Origin: Octopus sinensis
Lineage: Eukaryota
Length of the DNA stretch: 64,000 nucleotides
Direction of reading: 5' to 3'
Assembly: GCF_006345805.1 (NCBI RefSeq)
Contig: NC_043024.1
Location: 7,440,001-7,504,000 of the forward strand
Each line of letters starts with the position of its first letter. Position 1 is the first letter of the stretch. Shown piece by piece: positions 1 through 11,455 of the stretch. The translations under genes were made by a program, and so were the position numbers. The notes below the pieces were generated by a model. The model was not told the origin of the DNA, ran no database searches, and saw nothing but the letters and a program-made list of their open reading frames with translations.

Positions 1-504
1 TAGACATTTGAGTATTCATACACAAGCGTAAAAATATCAATATCAAAATTTATTACAACTTATCAACAATTATGAGTTTTTTGTCTTCTACAAGACAAGG
101 TTTATTCCTCTTCAAGCTTGATGTATTCAACTTCAATTTCATAAATATCAACTTCAGTATCATGGATATATCTAAATATATCAACACAATGAGAACTTTG
201 ATGTTTGAAGAGGATTGTGCTGGAGTTTTTGAGGAATTTGTTGGGAGAGAATAAAAGAATGGGAATAATGAATAAAAGATTTAAGGGAAATTGATTTGGT
301 CTTTGTTGTGTTTTCATCATCATCATCATCATCATCCTTTAACCTTAGTGCTCCTACCTCGTTTAAATAGTAAAACATCAGAGCTGTGGATAGCCCACCT
401 ATATACCCACTGTGTACACTGACATATATGTACTTACTAAATTATATACGGATTTGTCCATCAAGTTATGCATACACCCACAAGTAACTGTCATCACATT
501 CATA

Positions 505-856
505 AAGAACTACACTCACTGCACGTATTCCACTGTTGACTGTAGACTTCAGATCCAGATGAACCGAAAGAAAGTTCTGAGTAAGGTGAAGAGTAATTAA
601 TAACACGGATGGGCTGTTGTTCACTACAGCTGTTTCAAACATGTTCTCTACTGATAAACAAAAGTGTTACATTCTGCAAGAAGAACTACACTCACTGCAC
701 GTATTCCACTATTGACTGTAGACTCCAGATCCAGATGAACCAAAAGAAAGTTCTGAGTAAGGTGAAGAATAATTAATAACACGGATGGGCTTTTGTTCAC
801 TACAGCTGTTTCAAACATGTTCTTTACTGATAAACAAAAGTGTTACATCCTGCAAG
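505..856. repeat. Tandem duplication, 2 x 176 bp
   Basis: AAGAACTACACTCACTGCACG starts at 505 and again at 681; the copies differ by a few substitutions. Confidence 0.9.
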
Positions 857-1315
857 ACAACCATTTCAATCAGGTGAATAAAGGTAAGAATTAGCAATTA
901 GAACTTCTCAGAAAACAGAACATAATGCCAGGTGACTCAATTGACCTGCTTTTGCCCGATGAGTGATTAGCTGCTAGAATGTGGGGGGGGGGGTAGGAGA
1001 CGAGACAAGGTGAGAGAGAAAAGGAAGGGAGAAAATAGGGGAAGCTATGATATAGTTTCATCTTATAAGGTGCTAAATGATGAAACCAAGGTTCGGAAAT
1101 ATAATTTATATTGTTTCTCATGATTTGTCATTGTAAATAGGAAAGTTTTTATTGCGTTCAACTTTCTTACTTTAAGGGGGAGAATGTTATGTATATCTAT
1201 AATCTGCAAATAACGAGAAAATATAATGAAAGGAGAGAGCTTACAATATTTTCTGAATGAGGAGAGGTATAACGACCTTTTGGCAGAATTGAAATGACGT
1301 AGGAATGTATGTATG

Positions 1316-1374
<59 letters not shown>

Positions 1375-1376
<2 letters not shown>

Positions 1377-1906
1377 TCAATATAGGGTAGCAAAAAATTC
1401 AATAGAAATTTATCGCCACCAGCGGTCTAGTGAGAAAGAGAAAATAGTCATAGACTATATATATAAATTCAACAACAATTGAGGAATGGCCTTAATAGGC
1501 CATTCGACCCACTAGAAAGAGCAGCCAGGACTCAAACCGCCAAGTAGTAGTAATTCAGAAATTAAAGGAAAATTTAAAAACATTTACCCTAATTCATCTT
1601 TAGACAATGCATTGTTTCAGTGTTTTTAATGGCAAACCAGCTTAATTAAATTATATCTGTATATCTGTCTCTCCTGGCTTCTTTACCGATGAGGTGTAGC
1701 CTTTGGTGGATTGACTTAATTTAATTTAATTAAGCTGGTTTGCCATTAAAAACACTGAAACAATGCATTGTCTAAAGATGAATTAGGGTAAATGTTTTTA
1801 AACTTTCCTTTAATTTCTGAATTACTACTACTTGGCGGTTTGAGTCCTGGCTGCTCTTTCTAGTGGGTCGAATGGCCTATTAAGGCCATTCCTCAATTGT
1901 TGTTGA

Positions 1907-1908
<2 letters not shown>
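1375..1908. mobile_element. PLE pseudo-LTR-like fold-back element, homologous to the 490-bp array unit
   Basis: Inverted arms 1467-1653 and 1722-1908 with a 68-bp spacer; (TA)n on both sides; starts AATCAATATAGGG like the array unit; contains an HHR fold. Confidence 0.7.
1680..1778 (+). ncRNA. Type I hammerhead ribozyme-like motif, extended stem II, U4C core change
   Basis: Stem I TCTTTA/TAAAGA; core CCGATGA; stem II base GGTGT/ACACT; GAAAC; palindromic stem III ACAATGCATTGT; GTC cleavage triplet. Confidence 0.7.
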
Positions 1909-1942
<34 letters not shown>

Positions 1943-1943
<1 letters not shown>

Positions 1944-2229
1944 GGCGCAGGAGTGGCTGTGTGGTAAGTAGCTTGCTTACCAACCACATGGTTCCGGGTT
2001 CTGTCCCACTGCGTGACATCTTGTGCAAGTGTCTTCTGCTATAGCCCCGGGCCGACCAATGCCTTGTGAGTGGATTTGGTAGACGGAAACTGAAAGAAGC
2101 CTGTCATATATATGTTTGTGTGTCTGTGTTTGTCCCCCTAGCATTGCTTGACAACCGATGCTGGTGTGTTTACGTCCCCGTCACTTAGCGGTTTGGCAAA
2201 AGCGACCGATAAAATAAGTACTGGGCTTA
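1943..2229 (+). mobile_element. tRNA-derived SINE, family A (3' truncated)
   Basis: A-box-like TGGCTGTGTGGT and B-box-like GGTTCTGTCCC; the same body recurs more than 15 times in the window. Confidence 0.8.
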
Positions 2230-2389
2230 TAATGTCTGCGTCGGTATGTATGATGACTGTGTCGGTGTCTACGTTGTCTTCGTCGTTTTCTACGATGTCT
2301 CTGTCAGTTTCCACGATGTTTTCTTCGATATCTCTATTTTCACGATGTCTGTCGATTTGCATTGGTATTCCATTGAACATTCTGTAGGA

Positions 2390-3225
2390 GATTTCTTTGT
2401 TATATGAAAGATAAAATCTTTGCATGTTTGTAGATTTGTTTGTTATTTCTAAGATAAAATGTTTGCTCTTTTGTAGATTTCTTCATTATATGAATGATAA
2501 AATTTGCAACATTGCTGTATATTTAATTATATGCAATCGAAAATGTTTACATTTTTGTAGAAGATTTCCTCACTATATGAAAGATAAGTAGCCTCCAATT
2601 TTGTCAGAGATTTCTTCGTTATATCTTTATATATAAAAGAGAGGTTGTGTGTCTGTCTCCTACGATTTAGATTCCTAACTACTCCCACATTTTGCGGTGC
2701 AGTTTAACCAAAACCGGGTATCTTATAGTCGTGATTCATATCGAGCCCTTCTGGGTATTAGCGCGCGTCTACGATGAGTCTACGATTTTAAAAACAAATT
2801 ACCATCATTTTTCCACATTTTTAATGCATTTTCGCCCGGTTTATATAAGGGAAGTAACTCTCTATAAATGCTTATATAGTTATTTCCCTTACAAACCCGA
2901 GCAACGCCGGGCGATACTGCTAGTGAAACACAAAATGTTTAAATTTTGTAGAATATTTCCTCATTATATGAAAGAGAAGTAGTTTGCATTTTTGTGGAAG
3001 GTTTTTTTCAGTAAATGAAAGATAAGAATTTTCCATCTTTGTAGAAGATTTCTTCATTATATGAAAGATAAAAAGTTTGCATTTCAGTTGAAGATTTCCT
3101 TATTATATGAAAAATAAATGTTTGCATTTTTGTACAAGATTTCTTTATTATATGAAAGATAAAAAGCCTGCATTTTTGCAGATGATTTCACCTTGCATTT
3201 TTGTACAAGATTTCTTCATTTTATA
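2390..3225. repeat. Degenerate ~55-60-bp minisatellite (GATTTCTTCATTATATGAAAGATAAAA...TTTGCATTTTTGTAGAA) interrupted by a Helitron
   Basis: The motif recurs at 2390-2620 and 2930-3225. Confidence 0.7.
2624..2923 (+). mobile_element. Non-autonomous Helitron-like element (300 bp)
   Basis: 5' TC(TTTATATATAAAA); 3' hairpin CCCG-AGCAACGC-CGGG followed by CTAG; sits between A and T with no TSD; other copies at 20993, 31349 and 60368. Confidence 0.8.
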
Positions 3226-3437
3226 GATTAGATAAGTATCTGGCATTTTTGTAAAACACTAATCCAGTGTGTGTGTGTGTGTGTGTTTGTATGTGTGTGC
3301 ATATAGATGACATAAGATGACTGTATTTGTGTTGACTGGTGACTGACTTTTTCATTATATGAAGTAATTATATAATTATTTTCACTTAAAAATAACTGAT
3401 TTCCAGTGTTTGCTATAAGAATATGTATACAAATATG

Positions 3438-3476
<39 letters not shown>

Positions 3477-4533
3477 CAAGCTACATACATCTACGTAGAG
3501 TGAGAGAAAGAGAAAAAAATTTTCTTAGTGTCAGCAAAGTTATGTCCCGAAATACACATGTATGCTCACCTGTATACACATAATCCCAAATATTGCATAT
3601 ACACTCCCTGGTACATATGTAAACACACAAACGCACACGCATACATACATATACACACATAATAGCCTTCTGTTTTGTTTATTTTATTTCTGTAGCTGGT
3701 ATCAGCCCACACCAATGCTTTCACTACACACTATATTTATATATATATATCGCTATACGCACACACATACAAACGCACACACGTGCACACACACTGGATT
3801 AGTGTTTTACAAGAGTATCAGCTAGAAGGAGATGTTTTATATATGCTGACTCATGGTTAACATTGGTATATAAGGAGCCGAGTGATATGAGAAACATTCG
3901 GTCAGAAAGGATCAGAGAGGTTTTTTGACACGCAGTGCTTTTGGGAAATTTAGGGTGAAAAAAAAAGTACATTGATTAAAGTGAGCAGGACTAGGAAGAT
4001 TGATCTATACACACACTGGCATAGAGATAGGTAGAGTGATGTGTTGATGGGAAGAGAAACACGTAGAAATTCAGACAGGTAATTAGATGAGAGAGAGAGA
4101 GGGAGAGAGAAACAGATAGACAGACAAATAGAGAGATAGATATATAGATTAATAGAAAGACAGACAGATAAGCAGATGGATATGTTGGTAGGTGTATAAA
4201 TCAGACAGGTAATTAGATGAGAGAGAAAGAGACAGGTAGATAGACAGACAAACAGAGAGATAGATATATAGATTAACAGAAAGACAGACAGATAAGCAGA
4301 TGGATATATTGGTAGATGTATAGACTAATAGACGGAACAGTTGGTCAGAATTGAAAAAAGAGAAGAGATACGAAAAGGGCAAAAGAAAAAGATAAGGAAA
4401 ATAAGAAGCAAGGACTCAGTATATCACACAAACACATATGAGAGCAGATACATTACACACACAAACACACTGAAGAGACAAAGGGTCAAAAAAGTTCTCC
4501 GACATCAAAGAACCCCAAAAAACATCAAAAGAC

Positions 4534-4741
4534 ATGGCAAAGTTGCAGTTTCTCTTGTGTTTCATATTATCGTCTGCTTTATTCAATTTCCCAGTCACGT
4601 TTTCTTTCCCTTCTGGGGCCCCGAAGAACTCCTGTTTCGACTTGATGCCACATCACGGCGCGGGCGGACCCCAGCAATCGACCAGCCCCTACCGAATTGT
4701 CGCTGAAGCCACTTACACACCACAAGGAGCATTTCTTCGAG
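4534..4741 (+). CDS. Exon 1 of a secreted Reeler-domain protein (signal peptide plus Reeler N-terminus; defense-protein/FRRS1-like)
   Basis: MAKLQFLLCFILSSALFNFPVTFS-FPSGAPKNSCFDLMPHH fits a signal peptide plus the Reeler motif PxGAPxxxCxxMxPxH; donor G|GTAATT, phase 1. Confidence 0.85.
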
Positions 4742-4743
4742 GT

Positions 4744-4791
4744 AATTACTACTACTACTACTACTACTACTACTACAACTGCTGTTGCTAT

Positions 4792-4828
<37 letters not shown>

Positions 4829-4990
4829 GCTGCTGCTGCTACTACTACTACACTACTACTACTACTACTGCTACTGCTGCTGCTGCTGCTGCTGCTACTA
4901 CTACTACTACTACTACTACCACTACTACTACTATTACTACTACTACTACTACAACGACTGCTGCTGCTACTACTACTACTACTAGTACTA
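4744..4990. repeat. (TAC)n/(TGC)n compound microsatellite
   Basis: Read directly; begins just after the exon 1 donor. Confidence 0.95.
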
Positions 4991-5218
4991 AGGCGGTGGT
5001 GAGCTGGCAGAACAGTTTGCATGCCGAGCATGCTCAGTGGCATTTCATCTCTCTGCACGTTCTGAGTTCAAATTCCGCTGAGGTCAACTTTGCCTTTCAA
5101 CTTTTCGGGGCTATTAAAATAAGTACTAGTTGAGTACTGGGGGTCGATATAATTGACTTACTCCTCCCCAGAATTTTTGGCCTTGTACAAAAATTTTAAT
5201 TCATTATTATTATTATTA

Positions 5219-5290
<72 letters not shown>

Positions 5291-5340
5291 TACATTATTT
5301 ACATTGGACGGATATGTGTCCTCATCTTGTTTGTTGTTAT

Positions 5341-5384
5341 CATCACGTTTCGGCTGATTTACTCCCCAGCCTTCATCAGGGGTC
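5341..5384 (-). ncRNA. Degenerate minimal HHR-like motif
   Basis: Minus strand reads CTGATGA-A-GGCTG(gggagtaaat)CAGCC-GAAAC-GTG; stem I and cleavage triplet are mutated; same family as 30682. Confidence 0.4.
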
Positions 5385-5441
5385 TTGGTGGAATTTTGAA
5401 TCCAACCCTAAGTTCTCATTCCTAAGGTATCTTTTGGCTGA

Positions 5442-5478
<37 letters not shown>

Positions 5479-6033
5479 GAGTGAGAGAGCAGTGCATGCC
5501 ATCAAAGTGACACTGGGGTAAAAATATACGAAGCCCAGTATACCCATCATGACTACCCGTCTGATAAGGGTACCCCAGGCACAAGCATCACAACCAAATG
5601 TGTGCAACATGGTGATCTCATATTAAGATAAACAGTGCATGACCTTGCAGGTGGGGCCCAGCTAGAATTTTCTTCTGGTTGAGTAGCCCATCCCACTCAA
5701 AAGGTCCCTGAATAAGGATTGTTGAAGGATGTTGAACGAAACACCCATGTTTCCAGAGGTGAATTATCCAAACTCTAAAGAATCCCTCTCAACACATGGC
5801 TATGATGCTCCCCAACTACTTCTGCTCGTGATCAGAGATGCACATATTGTTAGCCACTAAGGGACATGCTCAACTGATTAAGGTCAAACAACTGACCAGC
5901 AAATATGTGGCATTGAGCAGAATATTTGCTGTTAGCCCATCTTTTATACCAAGACAAAGCAATGTACACGATGACACTTCCAATCAATTAAGATCAGAAG
6001 CCATGAGACCAACTGCCTGGTACTGCATCAGGG

Positions 6034-6035
<2 letters not shown>
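5479..6035 (-). mobile_element. Interspersed repeat family E flanked by (AAT)n, probably a LINE 3' region
   Basis: Related copies at 32487-32895, 63369-63823 and partly 42385-42455; most copies abut (ATT)n tracts. Confidence 0.6.
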
Positions 6036-6105
<70 letters not shown>

Positions 6106-6134
6106 GTTATTATATTATTATTATTTTATTATTA

Positions 6135-6165
<31 letters not shown>

Positions 6166-6199
6166 TTATTATTATATTATTATTATTTTATTATTATTA

Positions 6200-6232
<33 letters not shown>

Positions 6233-6360
6233 TATTATTATTATTATTATCATCATCATTATTATTATTATTATTATTATTTATTATTATTATTTTATTA
6301 TTATTATCATCATCATCATTATCATCGTCATTATTATTATTATTATTATATTATTATTAC

Positions 6361-6391
<31 letters not shown>

Positions 6392-6530
6392 TATTATTAT
6401 TATTATATATTATTATTATTATATATTATTATTATTATATTATTATTATTTTATTATTATTACATTATTATTGTTATTATTATTATTATTATTTACATTA
6501 TTATTGTTATTATTATTACTACTACTAACA
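6036..6530. repeat. (ATT)n microsatellite
   Basis: Read directly. Confidence 0.95.
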
Positions 6531-6622
6531 AGAAGGGCATGCTTGGTCTTATGTGGTTTGTTAAGATATTTGTTATCTGTTTAGGAGAACCGACCCCAGT
6601 CAAAGGTCACCATGCATCATGA

Positions 6623-6855
6623 GGCAGCGAGCTAGCAGAATGGTTAGCACGCCAGGCGAAATGCTTAGCAGTATTTCGTCTGTCGTTACGTTCTGAGTTC
6701 AAATTCCGTCGAGGTTGACTTTGCCTTTCATCCTTTCGAGGTTGATAAATTAAGTACCAGTTACGTACTGGGGTCGATATAATCGACTTAATCCGTGTGT
6801 CTGTCCTTGTTTGTCCTCTCTGTGTTTGGCCCCTTGTGGGTAGTAAAGAAATATG
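6623..6855 (+). mobile_element. tRNA-derived SINE, family B
   Basis: GGCAGCGAGCTAGCAGAA...GAGTTCAAATTCC...CTTTGCCTTTCATCCTTTCG...GTAGTAAAGAAATA; several copies in the window. Confidence 0.75.
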
Positions 6856-7104
6856 TATTGTCCTAGTATGTCGGTACTTTGAATTATTTTTATTTCATTC
6901 CATTTGATTCATCTTAATCTGTTTGTATATAAAAATCTACACTGTCTTTGTAAAGTCCCCCTTATCAGATATCTTGCTTCTGGAAAAAAAAATTATTATT
7001 TATCAACAAGCTTGTCAATTCTAGCGAACTTTTGGCCCTGGAACTGTGGAAATTTTCCCAAAATTGCTAGTGTGGCAGAGCTAGTAGGGAACATTGTTTG
7101 TTTT

Positions 7105-7323
7105 TCTTTTTCTTTACTCTTCTACCTGTTTCAGTCATTTGACTGTGGCCATGCTGTAGCACCGCGTTTAGTCGAGCAAATCGACCCCAGGACTTATTCT
7201 TTGTAAGCCTAGTACTTATTCTATCGGTCTCTTTTGCTGAACCACTAAGTTACGGGGACATAAACAAACCAGCATTGGTTGTCAAGCGATGTTGGGGGGA
7301 CAAACACAGACATACAAACATAG

Positions 7324-7354
<31 letters not shown>

Positions 7355-7530
7355 TACATATATGCGACGGGCTTCTTTCAGTTTCCGTCTACCAAATCCA
7401 TTCACAAGGCTTTGCATGGCCCAAGGCTATAGTAAAAGACACTTGCCCAAGGTGCCATGCAGTAGAACTGAACCTGGAACCATGTGGTTGGTAAGCAAGC
7501 TACTTACCACACAGCCACTCCTGCACCTAT
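7105..7530 (-). mobile_element. SINE family A, near full length
   Basis: Reverse complement of the family A body. Confidence 0.8.
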
Positions 7531-7937
7531 ATTAGCAACAGTTATATAGATATGTACGTATATATGTTGGCATTACAGGTCAACGTTTATTACCCTTTGA
7601 CAAACATTGTATACAAAGTATGCCGAAACTTGTGAGAAAAAATGAGAGCAAATATCATGGAACAAAGTGACAAAATTCCATGCAGCATCTTTGGTAGGTC
7701 TAAGGGCTCAATACTCAAGCTGTTTATAACACGTAGCAAAACTTCTAGAACCTTCAGAAATACAATTTGGAGAGATTTTATGTAACTATGTTTTAAAAGT
7801 TAACCTCTCTTAATTGCTATGTGTCACTCAATACTGATTGATTGAAAACACTTACGCGGACGTTCATACATTTTATGGTGATATAATTAGGTTCACAGAG
7901 CTGGTTGTGTCTTTTATATGTAAATATGTATATATAC

Positions 7938-7986
<49 letters not shown>

Positions 7987-8606
7987 CATAAATAGCCAGA
8001 TAATCGAAGAGATGGTGTTGTGGATTTCCACTTCGGCATCTGAAACTCAGAGTTTTATCTTGACTATCGAGTACTGTAACATATTATTGTATAGATATAT
8101 ATATATAAAGTGTATATATGTATGTATACATATGTATGTATGTGTATGTATGTATATATGCATGAATGTGTGTGTGTGTGTATATATATATATATGTGTG
8201 TGTGTGCATATATATATGTATAGGCTATGGTTCTAAACTGGGAACCTGAGTAAGAGAGTTCAAATCTAGGCAATTTCCTATCACGTATCAAATGACAGAA
8301 TCCTCATTGTTGAGACTGGTCAAGAATCCACCATATAAGTGAAAAATTTTACTGTTCAATGTTCCCTGATCAAACTGGCAGTTCATATTTATATGAACAG
8401 AATGTACGATTGATAAATCTAAGCCATGGATATGTCTTGGATATGAAAGCCTATTCTCATGCCTTTCATCCAAAATCTCTCAGGATGACCCAATCGAAAT
8501 GTCTATCTGTGCATCAACAGCTATAGTTTACTTGAGTCTTCCGTGTAAAGGAAATTGATAGCAGATAAGATCATAACTTTCAGCAGATAAATCTTGTGAT
8601 CAATGG

Positions 8607-9372
8607 ATCATCATCATCATCATTGTTCGACCGTGGTCGAGACAATGGAATTTACCATGCTACGCCAGACTTCATGGTCCATCATAGCATTATGGAGGCC
8701 CTGTTGCTGGATGCCTGTATGCCTGGAGATTACATCAGGGTAGGAGAGTGTGCGCCCTCTGGTATCGCGAGTAGATGGCTTCCAGAGGAGAAGAGTAGAA
8801 ATTGCCTCGTTTTCAGCTCTACAACAATGTCCAGCAAACTGGACTCTTCTACCTTTCACAAGAGATGACACAGGTGGTAATTTCCCATATATTTGCATTT
8901 TAGTTGGATGGCGCCTCCACGAGAGATTTTGAGCTCTCATAAGGAGGCAAGTGTAAGTTCCATCCAACCGCCTCTCAAGCTTCTTTGATAACGTCCAGGT
9001 TTCTGAGCCATATAGTAGAATTGGTTTGACTGTGGCTTTGAATATTTCAAGTTTGAAGTCTCTACTTAGATTTGATGACCAGATCTTATGCATGTCATTA
9101 CAGGCTGACCAGGCCATACCCTTTCTAGTTAGAAAGTCTTTTCCAGATGATGATATGTATGACCCAAGATATTTATAATCAGAAACCATATTTAAAGGTG
9201 CACTGTTGAGAGTGTGGATGATGCAATCACTGTTGGACAGGCACTTGTTTATGTATTCAGTTTTGGTCTCATTGAGGTAAAGACCTACACAATTTGAGGC
9301 TTGTTCAAGAGATTGTAAAAGAGACTGGGCATTGGAGAGAGAATCACTGATAAGAGCGATGTCGTTGGCATG
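8607..9372 (-). mobile_element. RTE-clade LINE, 5'-truncated RT C-terminus with (GAT)n tail
   Basis: Reads hANDIAL (degenerate YADD), YKYLGS, ILLYGSETW, RRVQFAGH; ends in an ATG/GAT tail. Confidence 0.85.
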
Positions 9373-9439
9373 TCCCTTCTTCAAGAAGTAAAAAAGTAGA
9401 CAAGCTAATTTGGTCAGACGATATGAAAGAGGCCCGTCG

Positions 9440-9472
<33 letters not shown>

Positions 9473-9535
9473 GACGCCATGATAGATCGTTAGCTCCTAC
9501 ACACATTTTTTTCTCTCCTTGTTTTTTTCTGTGTA

Positions 9536-9573
9536 TCTTTCTGTTGAAGAGCGTAGGCTCGAAACGTAAAAGA
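9536..9573 (+). ncRNA. Minimal type I HHR-like motif with CUGUUGA core
   Basis: TCTTT-CTGTTGA-A-GAGC(gtag)GCTC-GAAAC-GTA-AAAGA, inside a ~190-bp (TA)n-flanked element; copies at 57904, 59880 and 62632. Confidence 0.55.
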
Positions 9574-9669
9574 CTTGTCCTATTTCTATTCCTGAGCGCT
9601 ATGCTAATACATTCGTTTGTTTGTACTCCACCTGCCTTCGTCTTTTGTTTATTTTCATAAACCTTCCCG

Positions 9670-9709
<40 letters not shown>

Positions 9710-10277
9710 GTGTGTATATGTATATATATATATATATATGTATGTATATGTTTGTGTGTCTGTGTTTGTTCCCCCAACATCGTTTCACAACCGATGCTGG
9801 TGTATTCACGTCCCCCGTAACTTAGCAGTTCAGCAAAAGAGACCGATAGAATAAGTACTGGGCTTACAAAGAATAAGTCCTGGGCTTACAAAGAATAAGT
9901 CCTGGGGGGTCGTTTTGCTCGACTAGGGGCAGTGCTCCAGCATGGCCGCAGTCAAATGACTGAAAACAAGTAAAAGAGAGTAAGCCAAAAGAAAACAATG
10001 AATGGCATAGGTGTGATGCACTCATTTTTATTTCACAGGTGGACACAAATTGTGATGAGAAGCAACAAACGAGAAAGATTATTTGTCTAATTGAGGACTT
10101 AACGAGAAACTGTGTGAGCCACTTGTGTCGACTTTGTCAACACTTGTATTTGTGTGTGTCATGTGCTTCAGTGGGTCTCTGCGTGTTTGTGCGCACATAT
10201 TTGTGTTGCCATCTCAAAGTGTGTGTGTCTGAGTGCAGATGTGTGAATCTGTGTATGTGTGAACAAGGATGCTTACT

Positions 10278-10309
<32 letters not shown>

Positions 10310-10399
10310 CATACATACACACACATATATACGTATCCACACACACACATATATACACATACATATATATATATATGCATACACACACATATGTGTGTG

Positions 10400-10432
<33 letters not shown>

Positions 10433-10672
10433 AACACACATAACATCTATATACAATTTATACACACACGTATATATACATATACATATACACATGCACG
10501 CACATATATATATATATATATATATACCACCACATCCATACATATATACATACACATACATACATACGTATACATACATATATACACTTTATATATATAT
10601 ATATACATACACCCACACACATATATATAATACATATATATATATTATATATATAATATATATATATTTGTG

Positions 10673-10704
<32 letters not shown>

Positions 10705-11037
10705 ATAATAATATAGATATATATATATAGGTACAGGTATGGCTGCGTAGTAAGTAGCTTGCTTACCAACCACATGGTACTGGGTTCAGTCCCACTGCAT
10801 GGCACCTTGGGCAAGTATCTTCTACTATAGCCTTGGGCTGACCAAAGCCTTTTGAGTGGATTTGGTAGACGGAAACTGAAAGAAGCCTGTTGTATATATG
10901 TATGTAATCAGCCGAAATTGCGAGGATGATCCGGTTCTTGATTGAAGATTGGAGGCTTCGAATCTCCCGTCCGTGTTTTTTGTATCGTCTTCTAAATGTT
11001 TTATGTTCTTGTCCCAGTTGTATTTTTCTACATATAG

Positions 11038-11114
<77 letters not shown>

Positions 11115-11345
11115 TATATAATTAATCAATATAGGGAGGCAAAAAATTTTGTAGAATTCTTTTGCCCCCAGCGGCCTAGTGGGAAAAAATTAAATAGTCA
11201 TAAACCATTTTTAAGTTCAATATCACAATCAAGGAACGGCCATAATAGGCCATTCACCCACTAGAAATAACAGCCAAAAAGCTTCAACCGCAAAATAACA
11301 TTAATTCCGTAAATCAGGAGAAAATTAAAAAACATTTACCCTGAA

Positions 11346-11455
11346 ATTCCTTAGACGATGCACCGTTTCTTCTTCTACTGTTTAATGGTAAATTAACCTG
11401 ATTAAATTAAATCAAGCCAATCTACCATAGGCCCTTAGATTCATCAGTAAGGAAT
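11346..11455 (-). ncRNA. Type I HHR, first of 9 minus-strand copies (others start near 11835, 12325, 12813, 13303, 13791, 14281, 14772, 15261)
   Basis: Reverse complement of ATTCCTTA-CTGATGA-stem II-GAAAC-GGTGCATC-GTC-TAAGGAAT. Confidence 0.75.

Noticed and set aside
72-378. Short ORFs at the window start
   Set aside because: No homology recognised; they include a (CAT)n tract.
2230-2390. Acidic pseudo-repetitive minus-strand ORF (DRDIEENIVETDRDIVEN)
   Set aside because: No consistent period, splice sites or recognisable family.
4742-5133. Continuation of the 199-aa ORF beyond exon 1
   Set aside because: It runs through a (TAC)n microsatellite and a SINE; the donor at 4742 is in phase with exon 2.
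5838-6622. Long Ile/Tyr/Leu-rich ORFs
   Set aside because: Translation of (ATT)n.
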